Positions 27,070 through 36,212 of a stretch of DNA of 64,000 bases are shown one piece after another. Below the pieces are notes generated by a model that was not told the origin of the DNA, did not search any database, and saw only the letters and a program-made list of their open reading frames with translations. The position numbers were made by a program, and so were the translations under genes. The stretch is from Candidatus Kaiserbacteria bacterium (GTDB taxonomy: Bacteria; Patescibacteriota; Minisyncoccia; Phycocordibacterales; UBA2100): NCBI GenBank assembly GCA_016214605.1, contig JACROD010000023.1, positions 32,428 to 96,427 on the forward strand. The letters are read 5' to 3'. Each line of letters begins with the position of its first letter. Positions within the stretch are counted from its first letter, which is position 1.

Positions 27070-28473
27070 TTACATGGGGAGGTTCGGGGGCGGAGCGGCT
27101 TTCTTGGCGGGAATGCGACTGATACCGGGAGAAGCGATCCCGCTGCTCGGGAAATGCCAAAGGGTTGCGATGGCCTCGACACTCATGACGTTGATCTCAG
27201 CGGTCCATGGCGGATAGAACGATGATCGTCGGCGATAAGCATCAAGGAATCGGCGAAGAAGGAATTTTTTGTACATACCCTGAAAATCTTGCCATGGATA
27301 ATTGAAGATATTGTGGCCGCCGGTGTTATCCGGTGCGAGTTCGTTGAGATACCCGGTGCCAAGCGGTTTCCAGAGGAAGCGAAGCGTGCCGATGTTGGAG
27401 CCGTGGACATGGCCCTTGGTCGTATCCACAAGATAAATACCTCGCGCACATACATCAAAAGTGTTTTTGCCCGAATGCCGTTCGATGGCTTCCATCTGCT
27501 GTTTTTGTTTCCAGGTAGGATTTGGAATACGGACCGTGCTTTCGCGTTCGTCCTCGGGGATGCCTTGTTTGCGAATATTCTCGATCTCTTTTTCGACCCT
27601 AGCCTGCCATTCTTTTGCGGTGTCATTCGGAAAAAAGATACCACCGGATGCCTTGGAAGAGCGGAGTGTGATCTGCACCCATACTTGTTCGTGTGGTTTG
27701 AGACCGCTCAAATACTCAAACATGTATGCGAGCGGATCCACCTTAAACTCCTCCTTCGGATCCTTGTCGAGCTCTGCGTCGATATAGCTTGAAATCGGGT
27801 ATACGTCATCTGCTACGAGCTTATAATCATTGACGAAGCCATCATATCGTGCAGGATCGTATTGGAGCTTGGAAGCATAGTCTTCGACCGCGTGGATCTC
27901 GGCATCCGGAAATTGCGAGTAGATCGCGGCCTCGGCGACATTACGATACAGACCCCATGTCCATATATAGAAATGGATCTCTCCACCAAAACTGGCGATC
28001 TCAAGAGAGAACCATGGGCGGACGCGTCCGACCCAGACGCGCTTGATAAAATCAGTTTCTCCCGAGGTCTGCCATAGGGCGCCGAGTGCCGTCTCTATGG
28101 CGCGCGGCGATTTGAAAACTTCGCGTGGCACATGTATCTCGAGCAATACAGGATCGCGACCCGATATCCAGTCAGAACGAATATAACGCACCCACGTCTG
28201 GTACGACGCGATCAGGAGGACGAACGGAAGCCAGACCGGTGCGGTCCCGAAGATCCATCCGAGTGCGAAAACGAAGAGGTGCGGGATCTCGGTAGAGAGA
28301 ATACTGAGCAGGCCCAGGAAAAGTACCGTGAGAAATAAAGGGCGCGGAATACCCCATCCCCAAAACCATTGGACCCAGGCATCAAAATCAAGCCATGACG
28401 TCGATCCGAATCCTAGTTTTTTCTGTAACGCCGTTTTCTCCGGTTTTTTTGGTTTCTTTTCCGCCATGTACAC
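27070..28473 (-). CDS. Hypothetical integral membrane protein (W-rich N-terminal TM bundle plus a large soluble domain)
   Basis: 467 aa with several TM helices at the N-terminus. No motif was recognised. Confidence 0.35.
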   Translation of the reverse strand: MYMAEKKPKKPEKTALQKKLGFGSTSWLDFDAWVQWFWGWGIPRPLFLTVLFLGLLSILSTEIPHLFVFALGWIFGTAPVWLPFVLLIASYQTWVRYIRSDWISGRDPVLLEIHVPREVFKSPRAIETALGALWQTSGETDFIKRVWVGRVRPWFSLEIASFGGEIHFYIWTWGLYRNVAEAAIYSQFPDAEIHAVEDYASKLQYDPARYDGFVNDYKLVADDVYPISSYIDAELDKDPKEEFKVDPLAYMFEYLSGLKPHEQVWVQITLRSSKASGGIFFPNDTAKEWQARVEKEIENIRKQGIPEDERESTVRIPNPTWKQKQQMEAIERHSGKNTFDVCARGIYLVDTTKGHVHGSNIGTLRFLWKPLGTGYLNELAPDNTGGHNIFNYPWQDFQGMYKKFLLRRFLDAYRRRSSFYPPWTAEINVMSVEAIATLWHFPSSGIASPGISRIPAKKAAPPPNLPM

Positions 28474-28560
28474 ACAATACTACCACTTTTGTCGCTCGTT
28501 CTGACTACTTATTAACAAAGAAAGAGGTTATGAAATCGTTGATTCTCAGACACCAAAAAA

Positions 28561-28596
28561 CCGGATCATGATCCGGTTTTTTGGTGTCTGAAAAGT
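28561..28596. terminator. Bidirectional terminator caccaaaaaaccggatcatgatccggttttttggtg
   Basis: A perfect hairpin flanked by A and T runs. Confidence 0.6.
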
Positions 28597-28607
28597 ATAC
28601 CTCCAGA

Positions 28608-29648
28608 CTATTTATTCTGCTGCTTTTCTACAGTGTAGCGTCCGTCAGGAAGGCGTTTGAAAATGCCGCTCTGGAGATTGACCGCGATGGTCGCATCCTT
28701 GACGTAGCGCTCACGCTTGACACGTTCGATGATCTCTTCGCGTGTGAGCGGTCCTTCACGCTCGATGACCCCGCGGATCACATCGCGCACGACGCCCGGC
28801 TGATAGCCCCACTCCTTGAGCGCATAGAGTCCCCGACCGACAAGTACGAAACGCTTATCCTTGATGAGTTCGTTATGGGTTGTCGCGGGGTGTGTCTTGC
28901 GCTTGAAGAGTTTCTCGATACCCTTGGCGACTTCAGTGAAGTGCATCGGGGAGCCGTTGCGCTTGATGGTGAGATAAGCAAAATCGCGCGTGTTCTTGAT
29001 GCGGACATGAGGACTGTCCATGCGACCCCATTCACCGAGCGGATTCTTGCCGACACGCTTAGACATCGAGAGCCAGCGGCTCATGACCTCGTCGGGCTTA
29101 CCTTTGACCCCAGCAGCCTTGAGATTTTTGGCGAACATCTGCAAGAAATCCTCTTCGGCAGTGAGCATGTTGGGTTCGAGGGATTCATAGAGATTCTTCA
29201 GAGCGGTCTCGACCTGTTCGGCGATCTGCTCGTCGATGAGCCAGCGTGTGTGAAAATCGGTGTTCTCGCGGCGTTCGTCGAAATGATGTCCGAGCGTGAG
29301 AAGGAAAATGAGGTGGTTGCGCTCGGCGGTGGTCTGCGCGAGCTCGTTGAGAACGGCATCCTCTGAGACGACGCCTCCGAGCGCGTGGACCTGCTTCTTC
29401 AGATCTTCGAGGATGGCCATTTGTTCACGGTAAATGCTCGACTCGCGGACCGCGGCCAAGGCGTGATTCTCGATCTGGCGAACGCGTTCACGGGTGATGC
29501 CGTATTCTTGGCCGATGGCATCGAGCGTGCGCTTCTCACCCTTGGGAGAGAGGCCGAAACGATCGGTGAGTACGCGTCGCGAACGATCCGGAAGGCCGGT
29601 GAGCAGATCCTTACTGATCGACTTGGGTGAAAATGAAAGCGCTGACAT
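28608..29648 (-). CDS. Sigma-70 region-4-like HTH protein with a C-terminal HARE-HTH/winged-helix-like domain
   Basis: The N-terminus has RTLDAIGQEYGITRERVRQIENHAL (a sigma region-4 HTH). The C-terminus has ...MHFTEVAKGIEKLF...VGRGLYALKEWGY. Confidence 0.4.
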   Translation of the reverse strand: MSALSFSPKSISKDLLTGLPDRSRRVLTDRFGLSPKGEKRTLDAIGQEYGITRERVRQIENHALAAVRESSIYREQMAILEDLKKQVHALGGVVSEDAVLNELAQTTAERNHLIFLLTLGHHFDERRENTDFHTRWLIDEQIAEQVETALKNLYESLEPNMLTAEEDFLQMFAKNLKAAGVKGKPDEVMSRWLSMSKRVGKNPLGEWGRMDSPHVRIKNTRDFAYLTIKRNGSPMHFTEVAKGIEKLFKRKTHPATTHNELIKDKRFVLVGRGLYALKEWGYQPGVVRDVIRGVIEREGPLTREEIIERVKRERYVKDATIAVNLQSGIFKRLPDGRYTVEKQQNK

Positions 29649-30081
29649 AGACTCGTTTTATAATTATTGACTAAATTTTAATAATTTTTTCTAATACTGT
29701 TTAACTGAAAATACAGCTCAAAACATGACCTTTTTGATACTTGCCAGGCCGAGATTCGCATCCTACTCCCCTGCTATGTCTTGTTTGTAGCAAAAATACT
29801 GATAATGGTCAAGTGCCTGCACTTAAGACGACAAACGGAGTTTTTGTTGTGATCGGCAAGGTGCGGACGGGTGGTCGAATAGAAACAGGAGGTCAAAACC
29901 GGTACGGACTCGGTGAACCAAACTTGCCCCACTATGCCAGTTTTCTACATGAGAGCAAGCTCTATCGATCGATGTTCATTTGATACTCACGTGATACTCA
30001 CGCGAAAAGAAACATTGTAGTATAATGTCCGTACAGAAGACCTCGGTTTTTTTGTTCTTTTTATCAGTATTTACCTTCGAT

Positions 30082-30492
30082 ATTCCTATGCTTAAGGGAT
30101 TTAGAGATTTTATCTTACGCGGCAATGTCGTCGACCTGGCGGTCGGCGTTATGATCGGTGCGTCGTTTGGTGCAGTGGTCACGACCCTGGTCAAAGGTAT
30201 TCTCACTCCGCTGATCTCCGCACTGTTCAGTCAGCCGGATTTTTCCAAACTCTCTTTTACGATACATGGCTCACAGATTCTGTACGGGGACTTTCTCAAT
30301 GCCACCGCATCCTTCCTTATTACTGCCACCGTGATCTATTTCATCGTCGTGACGCCCCTTAATGAGCTCATGCTTGCATTCAAAGGCCCGGTCGTCCCCG
30401 AAGATCCAACCACCAAAGAGTGCCCCGAATGCCTCAGTAAGATCCCAAAGAAAGCCAAGCGTTGCGCCTTTTGCACTGCGCAACTCACGTAA
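30082..30492 (+). CDS. mscL: Large-conductance mechanosensitive channel MscL with a C-terminal CxxC...CxxC zinc-ribbon tail
   Basis: MLKGFRDFILRGNVVDLAVGVMIGASFGAVVTTLVKGILTPLISALF... is the MscL TM1. The C-terminus has KECPECLSKIPKKAKRCAFCTAQLT. The ORF-track start at 30025 is upstream of the Met at 30082. Confidence 0.8.
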   Translation: MPMLKGFRDFILRGNVVDLAVGVMIGASFGAVVTTLVKGILTPLISALFSQPDFSKLSFTIHGSQILYGDFLNATASFLITATVIYFIVVTPLNELMLAFKGPVVPEDPTTKECPECLSKIPKKAKRCAFCTAQLT

Positions 30493-30599
30493 TTAAGATG
30501 CCCTTGACTTCCTATGCGAATATAGTATATTAGCCACGGTTTGAGATAGTAGTGAACTAGTAGTGAACTACTCAAACAGACCAAAAGGAGGGCCTAAAA

Positions 30600-30827
30600 A
30601 TGAAAATTGAAATTACCTCGGAAGACCAGAAGAAGTTGCAATCCTCACTGAAAGGGGCGGGAAAGACACTGATCCTTCTCTTCCATATTGCCCTGCTGGT
30701 GATTGCCTTCATACTCATCCTTGGGGGTCCGGCATTGGGAAACTGGACTTTAGCGCTTGCCGGCGTTGTTCTGGGAGCACTGACGATATTTGCCGGCGAG
30801 GTTTTGAGCGAATATGGTCTGATGTAG
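30600..30827 (+). CDS. Small two-helix membrane protein
   Basis: 75 aa with two hydrophobic helices. It has the RBS AAAAGGAGGG and a terminator at 30840-30876. Confidence 0.35.
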   Translation: MKIEITSEDQKKLQSSLKGAGKTLILLFHIALLVIAFILILGGPALGNWTLALAGVVLGALTIFAGEVLSEYGLM

Positions 30828-30839
30828 GTTTCTATTTAT

Positions 30840-30876
30840 GGGCCGCCGGATAAGACCGGCGGCCCATCTTTTTTAT
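30840..30876 (+). terminator. Rho-independent terminator (gggccgccggataagaccggcggccc + atctttttt)
   Basis: Hairpin followed by a T-run. Confidence 0.6.
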
Positions 30877-30935
30877 GCAGTCAAAATCGGAAAACGTACC
30901 TATTTTTATATGTTACCATCACCATTACTACGCTG

Positions 30936-31829
30936 ATGAAAAATAAACTCACGTTCATCTTTGTGATCGCGATTATCATTGCTCTCTGGGCGGTTCTTTT
31001 CATACTCTCGCAGGGTGTTGATGTCTCCGTCTTGAATCCGAAAGGTTGGGTCGCGCTCCAGGAGAAAAATCTCATCATCACGGCAGTTCTCCTGATGTCT
31101 ATCGTGGTCGTGCCGGTGTACATCCTCACCTTCTTGATCGCTTGGAAATACCGCGCCAGCAACGCTTCCGCTGTATATGATCCCGACCATGACCATGATC
31201 TGCGCGTAGAGATCTTTTGGTGGGCCGTCCCGATCACGATCATTCTTATTCTCGGTACCATAACCTGGAAGACCACGCACGAGCTCGATCCTTTCAGACA
31301 TTTGGATTCCAATGCACGGCCGCTCACGGTCTATGTCGTCGCGCTCAATTGGAAATGGTTGTTCATTTATCCTGAGCAAGGGATCGCCACGGTGAATTTC
31401 GTCGAATTCCCCGAAAATAGGCCGATCGACTTTTGGATCACCGCCGATACGCCGATGAACTCCTTTTGGATACCGAGCTTGGGCAGCCAGATCTACGCGA
31501 TGGCTGGTATGACGACACAACTGCATCTGATCGCCGATCAAGTCGGCACATTCAACGGCCTTTCGGCGAATTTTAGCGGAGAGGGATTTTCGGGGATGAA
31601 ATTCGTCGCGCAATCAGTCTCGCAAAGCGATTTTGACCAATGGGTGCATTCGGTCCAGGAGCTTCCTACCATACTCGACGCGGACGAATACGTCCGATTG
31701 GCCGCACCTAGCTCAAACGTGCCCACGATGTATTTCGGTTCCGCCGATATGGGGCTGTATAATACAGTAGTCTTGAAATACATGACGCCCAACGTCTCGA
31801 TCCCCGCGATGGATCACGACGCGCATTAA
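30936..31829 (+). CDS. cyoA: Quinol oxidase subunit II (CyoA/QoxA-type; no CuA ligands)
   Basis: It has two N-terminal TM helices and a cupredoxin-like domain lacking the CuA Cys/His motif (..[18 protein letters not shown]..). It is immediately followed by subunits I, III and IV. Confidence 0.8.
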   Translation: MKNKLTFIFVIAIIIALWAVLFILSQGVDVSVLNPKGWVALQEKNLIITAVLLMSIVVVPVYILTFLIAWKYRASNASAVYDPDHDHDLRVEIFWWAVPITIILILGTITWKTTHELDPFRHLDSNARPLTVYVVALNWKWLFIYPEQGIATVNFVEFPENRPIDFWITADTPMNSFWIPSLGSQIYAMAGMTTQLHLIADQVGTFNGLSANFSGEGFSGMKFVAQSVSQSDFDQWVHSVQELPTILDADEYVRLAAPSSNVPTMYFGSADMGLYNTVVLKYMTPNVSIPAMDHDAH

Positions 31830-31837
31830 GATCAATT

Positions 31838-33814
31838 ATGTTCGGCAAACTCACACTCGATGCATTTCCGCAAAATCCGATCGTCATGTCGGCGTTAATC
31901 TTCATGATCGTGATCGGTGTCGCCATAGCGGGTGCCTTGTTCTATTTCAAGCGTTGGCGATGGTTCTGGGATGAATGGCTCACCTCGCTCGACGCCAAGC
32001 GTATCGGCGTGATGTATATCGCCGTCGGTTTCGTCATGCTGCTGCGCGGTGCCATAGACGCCGCGATGATGCGCGGGCAGCAGGCGATATCGGTCGGCGA
32101 TTCGTATGGTTATCTCACCCCCGACCACTTCGATCAGGTTTTCACCGCGCACGGCGTGATCATGATCTTCTTCGTCGCCATGCCGTTGATGTTTGGTCTC
32201 TTCAATCTCGTGGTGCCGCTTCAGATCGGCGCGCGCGATGTGGCATTTCCCTTCCTCAATTCAGTCAGCTTCTGGCTTTTTGCCGCCGGAGCGATACTCA
32301 TCAATATCTCGCTCGTCTACGGCGAATTCGCCAAGATCGGCTGGCTCGGCTACCCTCCGCTCTCTGAGCTCCAATACAGTCCCGGGGTCGGTGTCGATTA
32401 TTATATATGGCTGCTGCAGATCGCAGGCTTAGGCAGCCTCTTTGGCGCGATCAATTTTTTCGTGACGATCATCAAGATGCGCGCGCCAGGGATGACCTTG
32501 ATGCGCATGCCGATGTTTGAATGGACAACGCTCGCGAGTGTGGTGCTTATGATCGTTATATTCCCCATACTCACCGCGACCTTGGCGATGCTCTCCCTCG
32601 ATCGCTTGCTCGGGATGCATTTCTTTACTTCCGACTCCGGCGGCAACGCGATGATGTACGTCAATCTTATTTGGGCGTGGGGGCATCCGGAAGTATACGT
32701 GCTGATCTTGCCAGCCTTCGGCGCATTCTCGGAGATCGTACCGACCTTTGCGCGCAAGCCACTCTTTGGATATGCATCAATGGTCGCTGCATCAATCGTC
32801 ATTTGTTTTTTCTCGTTCATCGTATGGCTCCACCACTTCTTCACGATGGGTGCGGGAGCAAACGTAAACGCATTCTTTGGTATCGCGACGATGGTCATCG
32901 CCATCCCGACCGGTGTCAAAGTCTTCAACTGGCTCGCCACGATGTATCGCGGGCGCATCACTTTTACTTCGCCGATGTATTGGTTCCTCGGTTTTGTCGC
33001 AACCTTCACCCTCGGTGGCATGACCGGTGTGATGCTCGCAGTGCCGGGGATTGACTTCCAGGTCCACAACAGCCTCTTCTTGGTCGCGCACTTCCATAAT
33101 ATGGTGATCGGCGGTGTCGTGTTTGGTTATCTCGCGGCACTTTCTTTCTGGTTCCCCAAGATATTTGGTTTCCGGCTCAACGAAAAGTGGGGCATACGCG
33201 CCTTTTGGTGCTGGATCGTTGGATTCTTCGTGGCATTTATGCCGCTCTACGTACTCGGCTTCATGGGTGCGACGCGCCGCCTTGATCACTACGACGCTTC
33301 GACGGGTTGGCAGCCGCTTTTTATCGTGGCGGGCATCGGCGTCGCGATCATTGCGCTCGGTATCGTGTGTCAGGCGATACAGCTGATCGTGAGTATCAAG
33401 GAACGCAAACAAAATGCAGACACGACCGGCGATGCTTGGAATGATGGGCGCACGCTCGAATGGTCCACCTCCTCGCCGGCACCATTCTATAACTATGCCG
33501 TCATTCCGACCGTGCACGGACGCGATGCCTTTTGGGCGATGAAGCAGTCCGGCAACATTGGGCAAGCCAGGCTTGCCCAAGAGTACACAGACATTGAACT
33601 GCCGCGCAATACTCCTATGGGAGTGTATATCGGCGCATTCGCGCTCGTATTCGGATTCTCTCTCGTGTGGCACATCTGGTGGCTCGCCCTCATCGGAGCC
33701 CTGGGGATCGTCGCGTGCATTATCGCGCGCTCGTTTGATGAGCACACCGAATACATCCTCCCGGCCGCAGAGGTCGCTCGCATGGAAGCCGCTCGCGGCG
33801 CACAAACGATATGA
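31838..33814 (+). CDS. cyoB: Quinol oxidase subunit I (heme-copper oxidase catalytic subunit)
   Basis: 658 aa with ...[17 protein letters not shown]..., ...HHFFTMG... and [15 protein letters not shown], the classic HCO subunit I signatures. Confidence 0.9.
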   Translation: MFGKLTLDAFPQNPIVMSALIFMIVIGVAIAGALFYFKRWRWFWDEWLTSLDAKRIGVMYIAVGFVMLLRGAIDAAMMRGQQAISVGDSYGYLTPDHFDQVFTAHGVIMIFFVAMPLMFGLFNLVVPLQIGARDVAFPFLNSVSFWLFAAGAILINISLVYGEFAKIGWLGYPPLSELQYSPGVGVDYYIWLLQIAGLGSLFGAINFFVTIIKMRAPGMTLMRMPMFEWTTLASVVLMIVIFPILTATLAMLSLDRLLGMHFFTSDSGGNAMMYVNLIWAWGHPEVYVLILPAFGAFSEIVPTFARKPLFGYASMVAASIVICFFSFIVWLHHFFTMGAGANVNAFFGIATMVIAIPTGVKVFNWLATMYRGRITFTSPMYWFLGFVATFTLGGMTGVMLAVPGIDFQVHNSLFLVAHFHNMVIGGVVFGYLAALSFWFPKIFGFRLNEKWGIRAFWCWIVGFFVAFMPLYVLGFMGATRRLDHYDASTGWQPLFIVAGIGVAIIALGIVCQAIQLIVSIKERKQNADTTGDAWNDGRTLEWSTSSPAPFYNYAVIPTVHGRDAFWAMKQSGNIGQARLAQEYTDIELPRNTPMGVYIGAFALVFGFSLVWHIWWLALIGALGIVACIIARSFDEHTEYILPAAEVARMEAARGAQTI

Positions 33815-34383
33815 CGCAGGACCTTTCTGAAAATAAGACAGTGTTCGGATTTTGGATCTATATCCTGAGCGATTGTTTTCTTTTTGCGACGCTTTTTGCC
33901 ACGTATGCGGTCTTGCACGGAAGCACATTTGGAGGGCCGGGAGCGGATACGCTCTTTAGTTTGCCGTTTGTCCTTGCCGAGACTCTCATCCTGCTCACCA
34001 GCAGCTTCACCGCAGGCCTCGCCATGCTTGCCGGGCATCAGGGCAAGCGCATACATGTGCTCGTATGGATTGGTATTACACTTCTCCTTGGACTCACCTT
34101 CGTTGGATTGGAGCTCAGGGAATTTGCCGCATTCATCGCTGAGGGCAATAGCTGGACCCGTAGCGGATTCTTGTCGGGATTCTTCACATTAGTGGGCACG
34201 CATGGCGCACACGTGGCCGCCGGATCGCTCTGGATGATCGTACTCATGGTCCAGATCACAAAGAAAGGCCTCACGGACACTCTGATGAACCGACTCATGC
34301 GCTGGAACCTTTTCTGGCATTTCCTGGATGTTGTGTGGATCTTTATCTTTACGTTCGTCTACCTTTTGGGCATAGCCCTCTAA
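33811..34383 (+). CDS. cyoC: Quinol oxidase subunit III
   Basis: 190 aa with five TM helices. Its position and length match CyoC. Confidence 0.8.
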   Translation: MTQDLSENKTVFGFWIYILSDCFLFATLFATYAVLHGSTFGGPGADTLFSLPFVLAETLILLTSSFTAGLAMLAGHQGKRIHVLVWIGITLLLGLTFVGLELREFAAFIAEGNSWTRSGFLSGFFTLVGTHGAHVAAGSLWMIVLMVQITKKGLTDTLMNRLMRWNLFWHFLDVVWIFIFTFVYLLGIAL

Positions 34384-34387
34384 CACT

Positions 34388-34786
34388 ATGGAAGACTCTA
34401 CGCATCACATGATCGATCATTCCCACTCATCTCGGCACGGTTCGCTCGTCTCATACATCATCGGCTTTGTGATCTCGATCGTCCTCACGCTTGCTGCATA
34501 TTTCATCGTGCAGCAGCATGTCTCTTCGCTCCACGAGACCTTCAGTCATTCATTTATCACCTTTGCCGTGGTCGGCTTCGCACTGCTGCAGCTTCTGGTC
34601 CAGCTCATTTTCTTTTTGCACCTGGGCCGCGACGCCAAACCCCATTGGAATCTTATCGTCTTTGTGTACGCATTTCTCCTGCTCCTTATCATCGTCGTAG
34701 GCTCTCTCTGGGTCATGCATCACCTCAACTACAACATGATGCTCATGCCGCCAGCGGAGGTCGATGCCTACATGCTTGATAAATAG
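34388..34786 (+). CDS. cyoD: Quinol oxidase subunit IV
   Basis: 132 aa with three TM helices immediately after subunit III. Confidence 0.7.
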   Translation: MEDSTHHMIDHSHSSRHGSLVSYIIGFVISIVLTLAAYFIVQQHVSSLHETFSHSFITFAVVGFALLQLLVQLIFFLHLGRDAKPHWNLIVFVYAFLLLLIIVVGSLWVMHHLNYNMMLMPPAEVDAYMLDK

Positions 34787-34817
34787 CTCACGGTGAGCAA
34801 GCCAGGCTTGCTCAAAT

Positions 34818-34850
34818 GGCAGGGAACGATGCCCTGCCATTTTTCATTTT
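34818..34850 (+). terminator. Rho-independent terminator after cyoD (ggcagggaacgatgccctgcc + atttttcatttttg)
   Basis: Hairpin followed by a T-run. The 19-bp palindrome at 34795-34813 precedes it. Confidence 0.6.
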
Positions 34851-34855
34851 TGTAA

Positions 34856-34878
34856 AAATATGTAACGTATGGTATGAT
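34856..34878 (+). promoter_or_regulatory. Sigma-70-like promoter TTGTAA-N17-TATGAT, 8 nt upstream of the hicB ATG (near-leaderless)
   Basis: The hexamers and spacing were read directly. No RBS lies between the -10 and the ATG at 34887. Confidence 0.4.
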
Positions 34879-34886
34879 GATTTATC

Positions 34887-35129
34887 ATGAAAAGGAAATC
34901 AAAAACAGTTACGACCTATACGGCAGTTGTTGAGAAGGACGAAAAGTCGGGCTATTGGGCGTATGTGCCCGCACTCCCTGGATGCTATACGCAGGGAGAG
35001 ACGCTTGATGCGATATACAAAAATCTGCAAGAAGCGACCGTGTTGTATCTAGCGGCACTGAAAGACGATAAAAAACCAGTGCCGCACTCGCATTTTTTGA
35101 GCACAGTGCAAGTGCAAGTTCCTGTTTGA
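34887..35129 (+). CDS. hicB: HicB-family antitoxin (UPF0150)
   Basis: YTAVVEKDEKSGYWAYVPALPGCYTQGETLDAIYKNLQEATVLYL is the HicB RNase-H-like fold signature. Confidence 0.65.
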   Translation: MKRKSKTVTTYTAVVEKDEKSGYWAYVPALPGCYTQGETLDAIYKNLQEATVLYLAALKDDKKPVPHSHFLSTVQVQVPV

Positions 35130-35138
35130 GATTTCGAT

Positions 35139-35354
35139 ATGGCGAAAATTCCTCGCGGCAGAGAGATGGTGCGAAAACTGTTGCGAATCGGTTTCGTATT
35201 GAATCGTCAGCATGGAAGCCATTGCGTAATGAAAAATGCAACGGGAGAGACTATTGTAGTGCCCGTGCATGCCGGCAGAGAATTAAAGATTGGCCTCTTT
35301 CGAAGTATTTTCTCGCAAATCGGCGTGTCCGAAGAAGAATTCTGGGAGATATGA
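35139..35354 (+). CDS. hicA: HicA-family toxin (mRNA interferase)
   Basis: MVRKLLRIGFVLNRQHGSHCVMKNATGETIVVPVHAGRELKIGLFRSIFSQIG is the HicA dsRBD-like motif, including the catalytic-region GSH. Confidence 0.65.
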   Translation: MAKIPRGREMVRKLLRIGFVLNRQHGSHCVMKNATGETIVVPVHAGRELKIGLFRSIFSQIGVSEEEFWEI

Positions 35355-36211
35355 TCAAGCGATACATCTCGCTCACCAAGCCCGGGATCATCATGGGCAA
35401 TGCGATCACGGCCTCGGGAGGATTTTTCCTCGCTTCGCGAGGGGCTTTTGATCCGGTGCTTTATCTCGCGATGCTCGCCGGGCTCTCACTCATCATCGCC
35501 TCTGGCTGTGTGATCAACAATTACTTCGATCGCGACATCGACGGCCTCATGGAACGCACCAAAAACCGCGCGCTCGTAAGTGGTGCAATGGTGCCCATTG
35601 CACCATGGAAGGCCATTTTTTTTGCGGCAGCACTCGGGGTCTTGGGGGTATGGATACTCTATCGATATACGAATCTCCTCACACTCGAGGTCGCGCTCTT
35701 TGGCGCTTTCGTATATATCGTGCTCTATACGCTCTGGTCTAAGCGCCGATCGACCAAAAGCACCTTCATAGGAAGCCTTTCGGGCGCGGTGCCACCGGTC
35801 ATCGGCTACTGTGCCGTGACCAATACGATCGATGCTGCGGCGATCCTCCTCTTTCTCATCCTTGTGCTCTGGCAAATGCCGCATTTCTTCGCGATCGCGC
35901 TGTATCGCATCGAGGATTACACGGCCGCCGCGATCCCGGTCTTGCCGGTCAAGAAAGGGATCTTGGCAACCAAGATCCAGATGATCCTCTATATCAACGC
36001 TTTTATCGTCGCGACACTCGCGTTGACCGCACTGGACTACACGGGATATTTCTACGCGCTTGTCATGGCGGTACTCGGAATCGTGTGGCTCGTCCTCGCG
36101 ATCATGGGATTCAAGGCGCCGGACACCAAAAAATGGGCACGGAGGATGTTTATCCTCTCACTGGTGGTCATTGTGACGTTTCCTGTCATGCTCGCAATTG
36201 ACGTACGGTAA
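35351..36211 (+). CDS. cyoE: Protoheme IX farnesyltransferase (heme O synthase)
   Basis: The ATG at 35351 overlaps the hicA stop (ATGA). The translation MIKRYISLTKPGIIMGNAITASGGFFLA...NNYFDRDIDGLMERTKNRAL... is the UbiA-family CyoE/CtaB. ORF-track frame 35126..36211 is an upstream over-extension. Confidence 0.85.
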   Translation: MIKRYISLTKPGIIMGNAITASGGFFLASRGAFDPVLYLAMLAGLSLIIASGCVINNYFDRDIDGLMERTKNRALVSGAMVPIAPWKAIFFAAALGVLGVWILYRYTNLLTLEVALFGAFVYIVLYTLWSKRRSTKSTFIGSLSGAVPPVIGYCAVTNTIDAAAILLFLILVLWQMPHFFAIALYRIEDYTAAAIPVLPVKKGILATKIQMILYINAFIVATLALTALDYTGYFYALVMAVLGIVWLVLAIMGFKAPDTKKWARRMFILSLVVIVTFPVMLAIDVR

Positions 36212-36212
36212 A

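Noticed and set aside
29741-29983. 80-aa ORF, and a possible structured RNA (tmRNA, SRP or RNase P) in the 430-bp gap upstream of mscL
   Set aside because: The ORF lacks an RBS and has odd composition. I could not match any conserved ncRNA motif (no GGTTCGANTCC T-loop, no RNase P P4 or SRP domain IV consensus). It is left as unexplained non-coding DNA apart from the promoter and direct repeats noted.
32792-33928. A 378-aa minus-strand ORF
   Set aside because: It overlaps the unmistakable cyoB (heme-copper oxidase subunit I) on the opposite strand. Its composition is H/R/E/D-rich nonsense.
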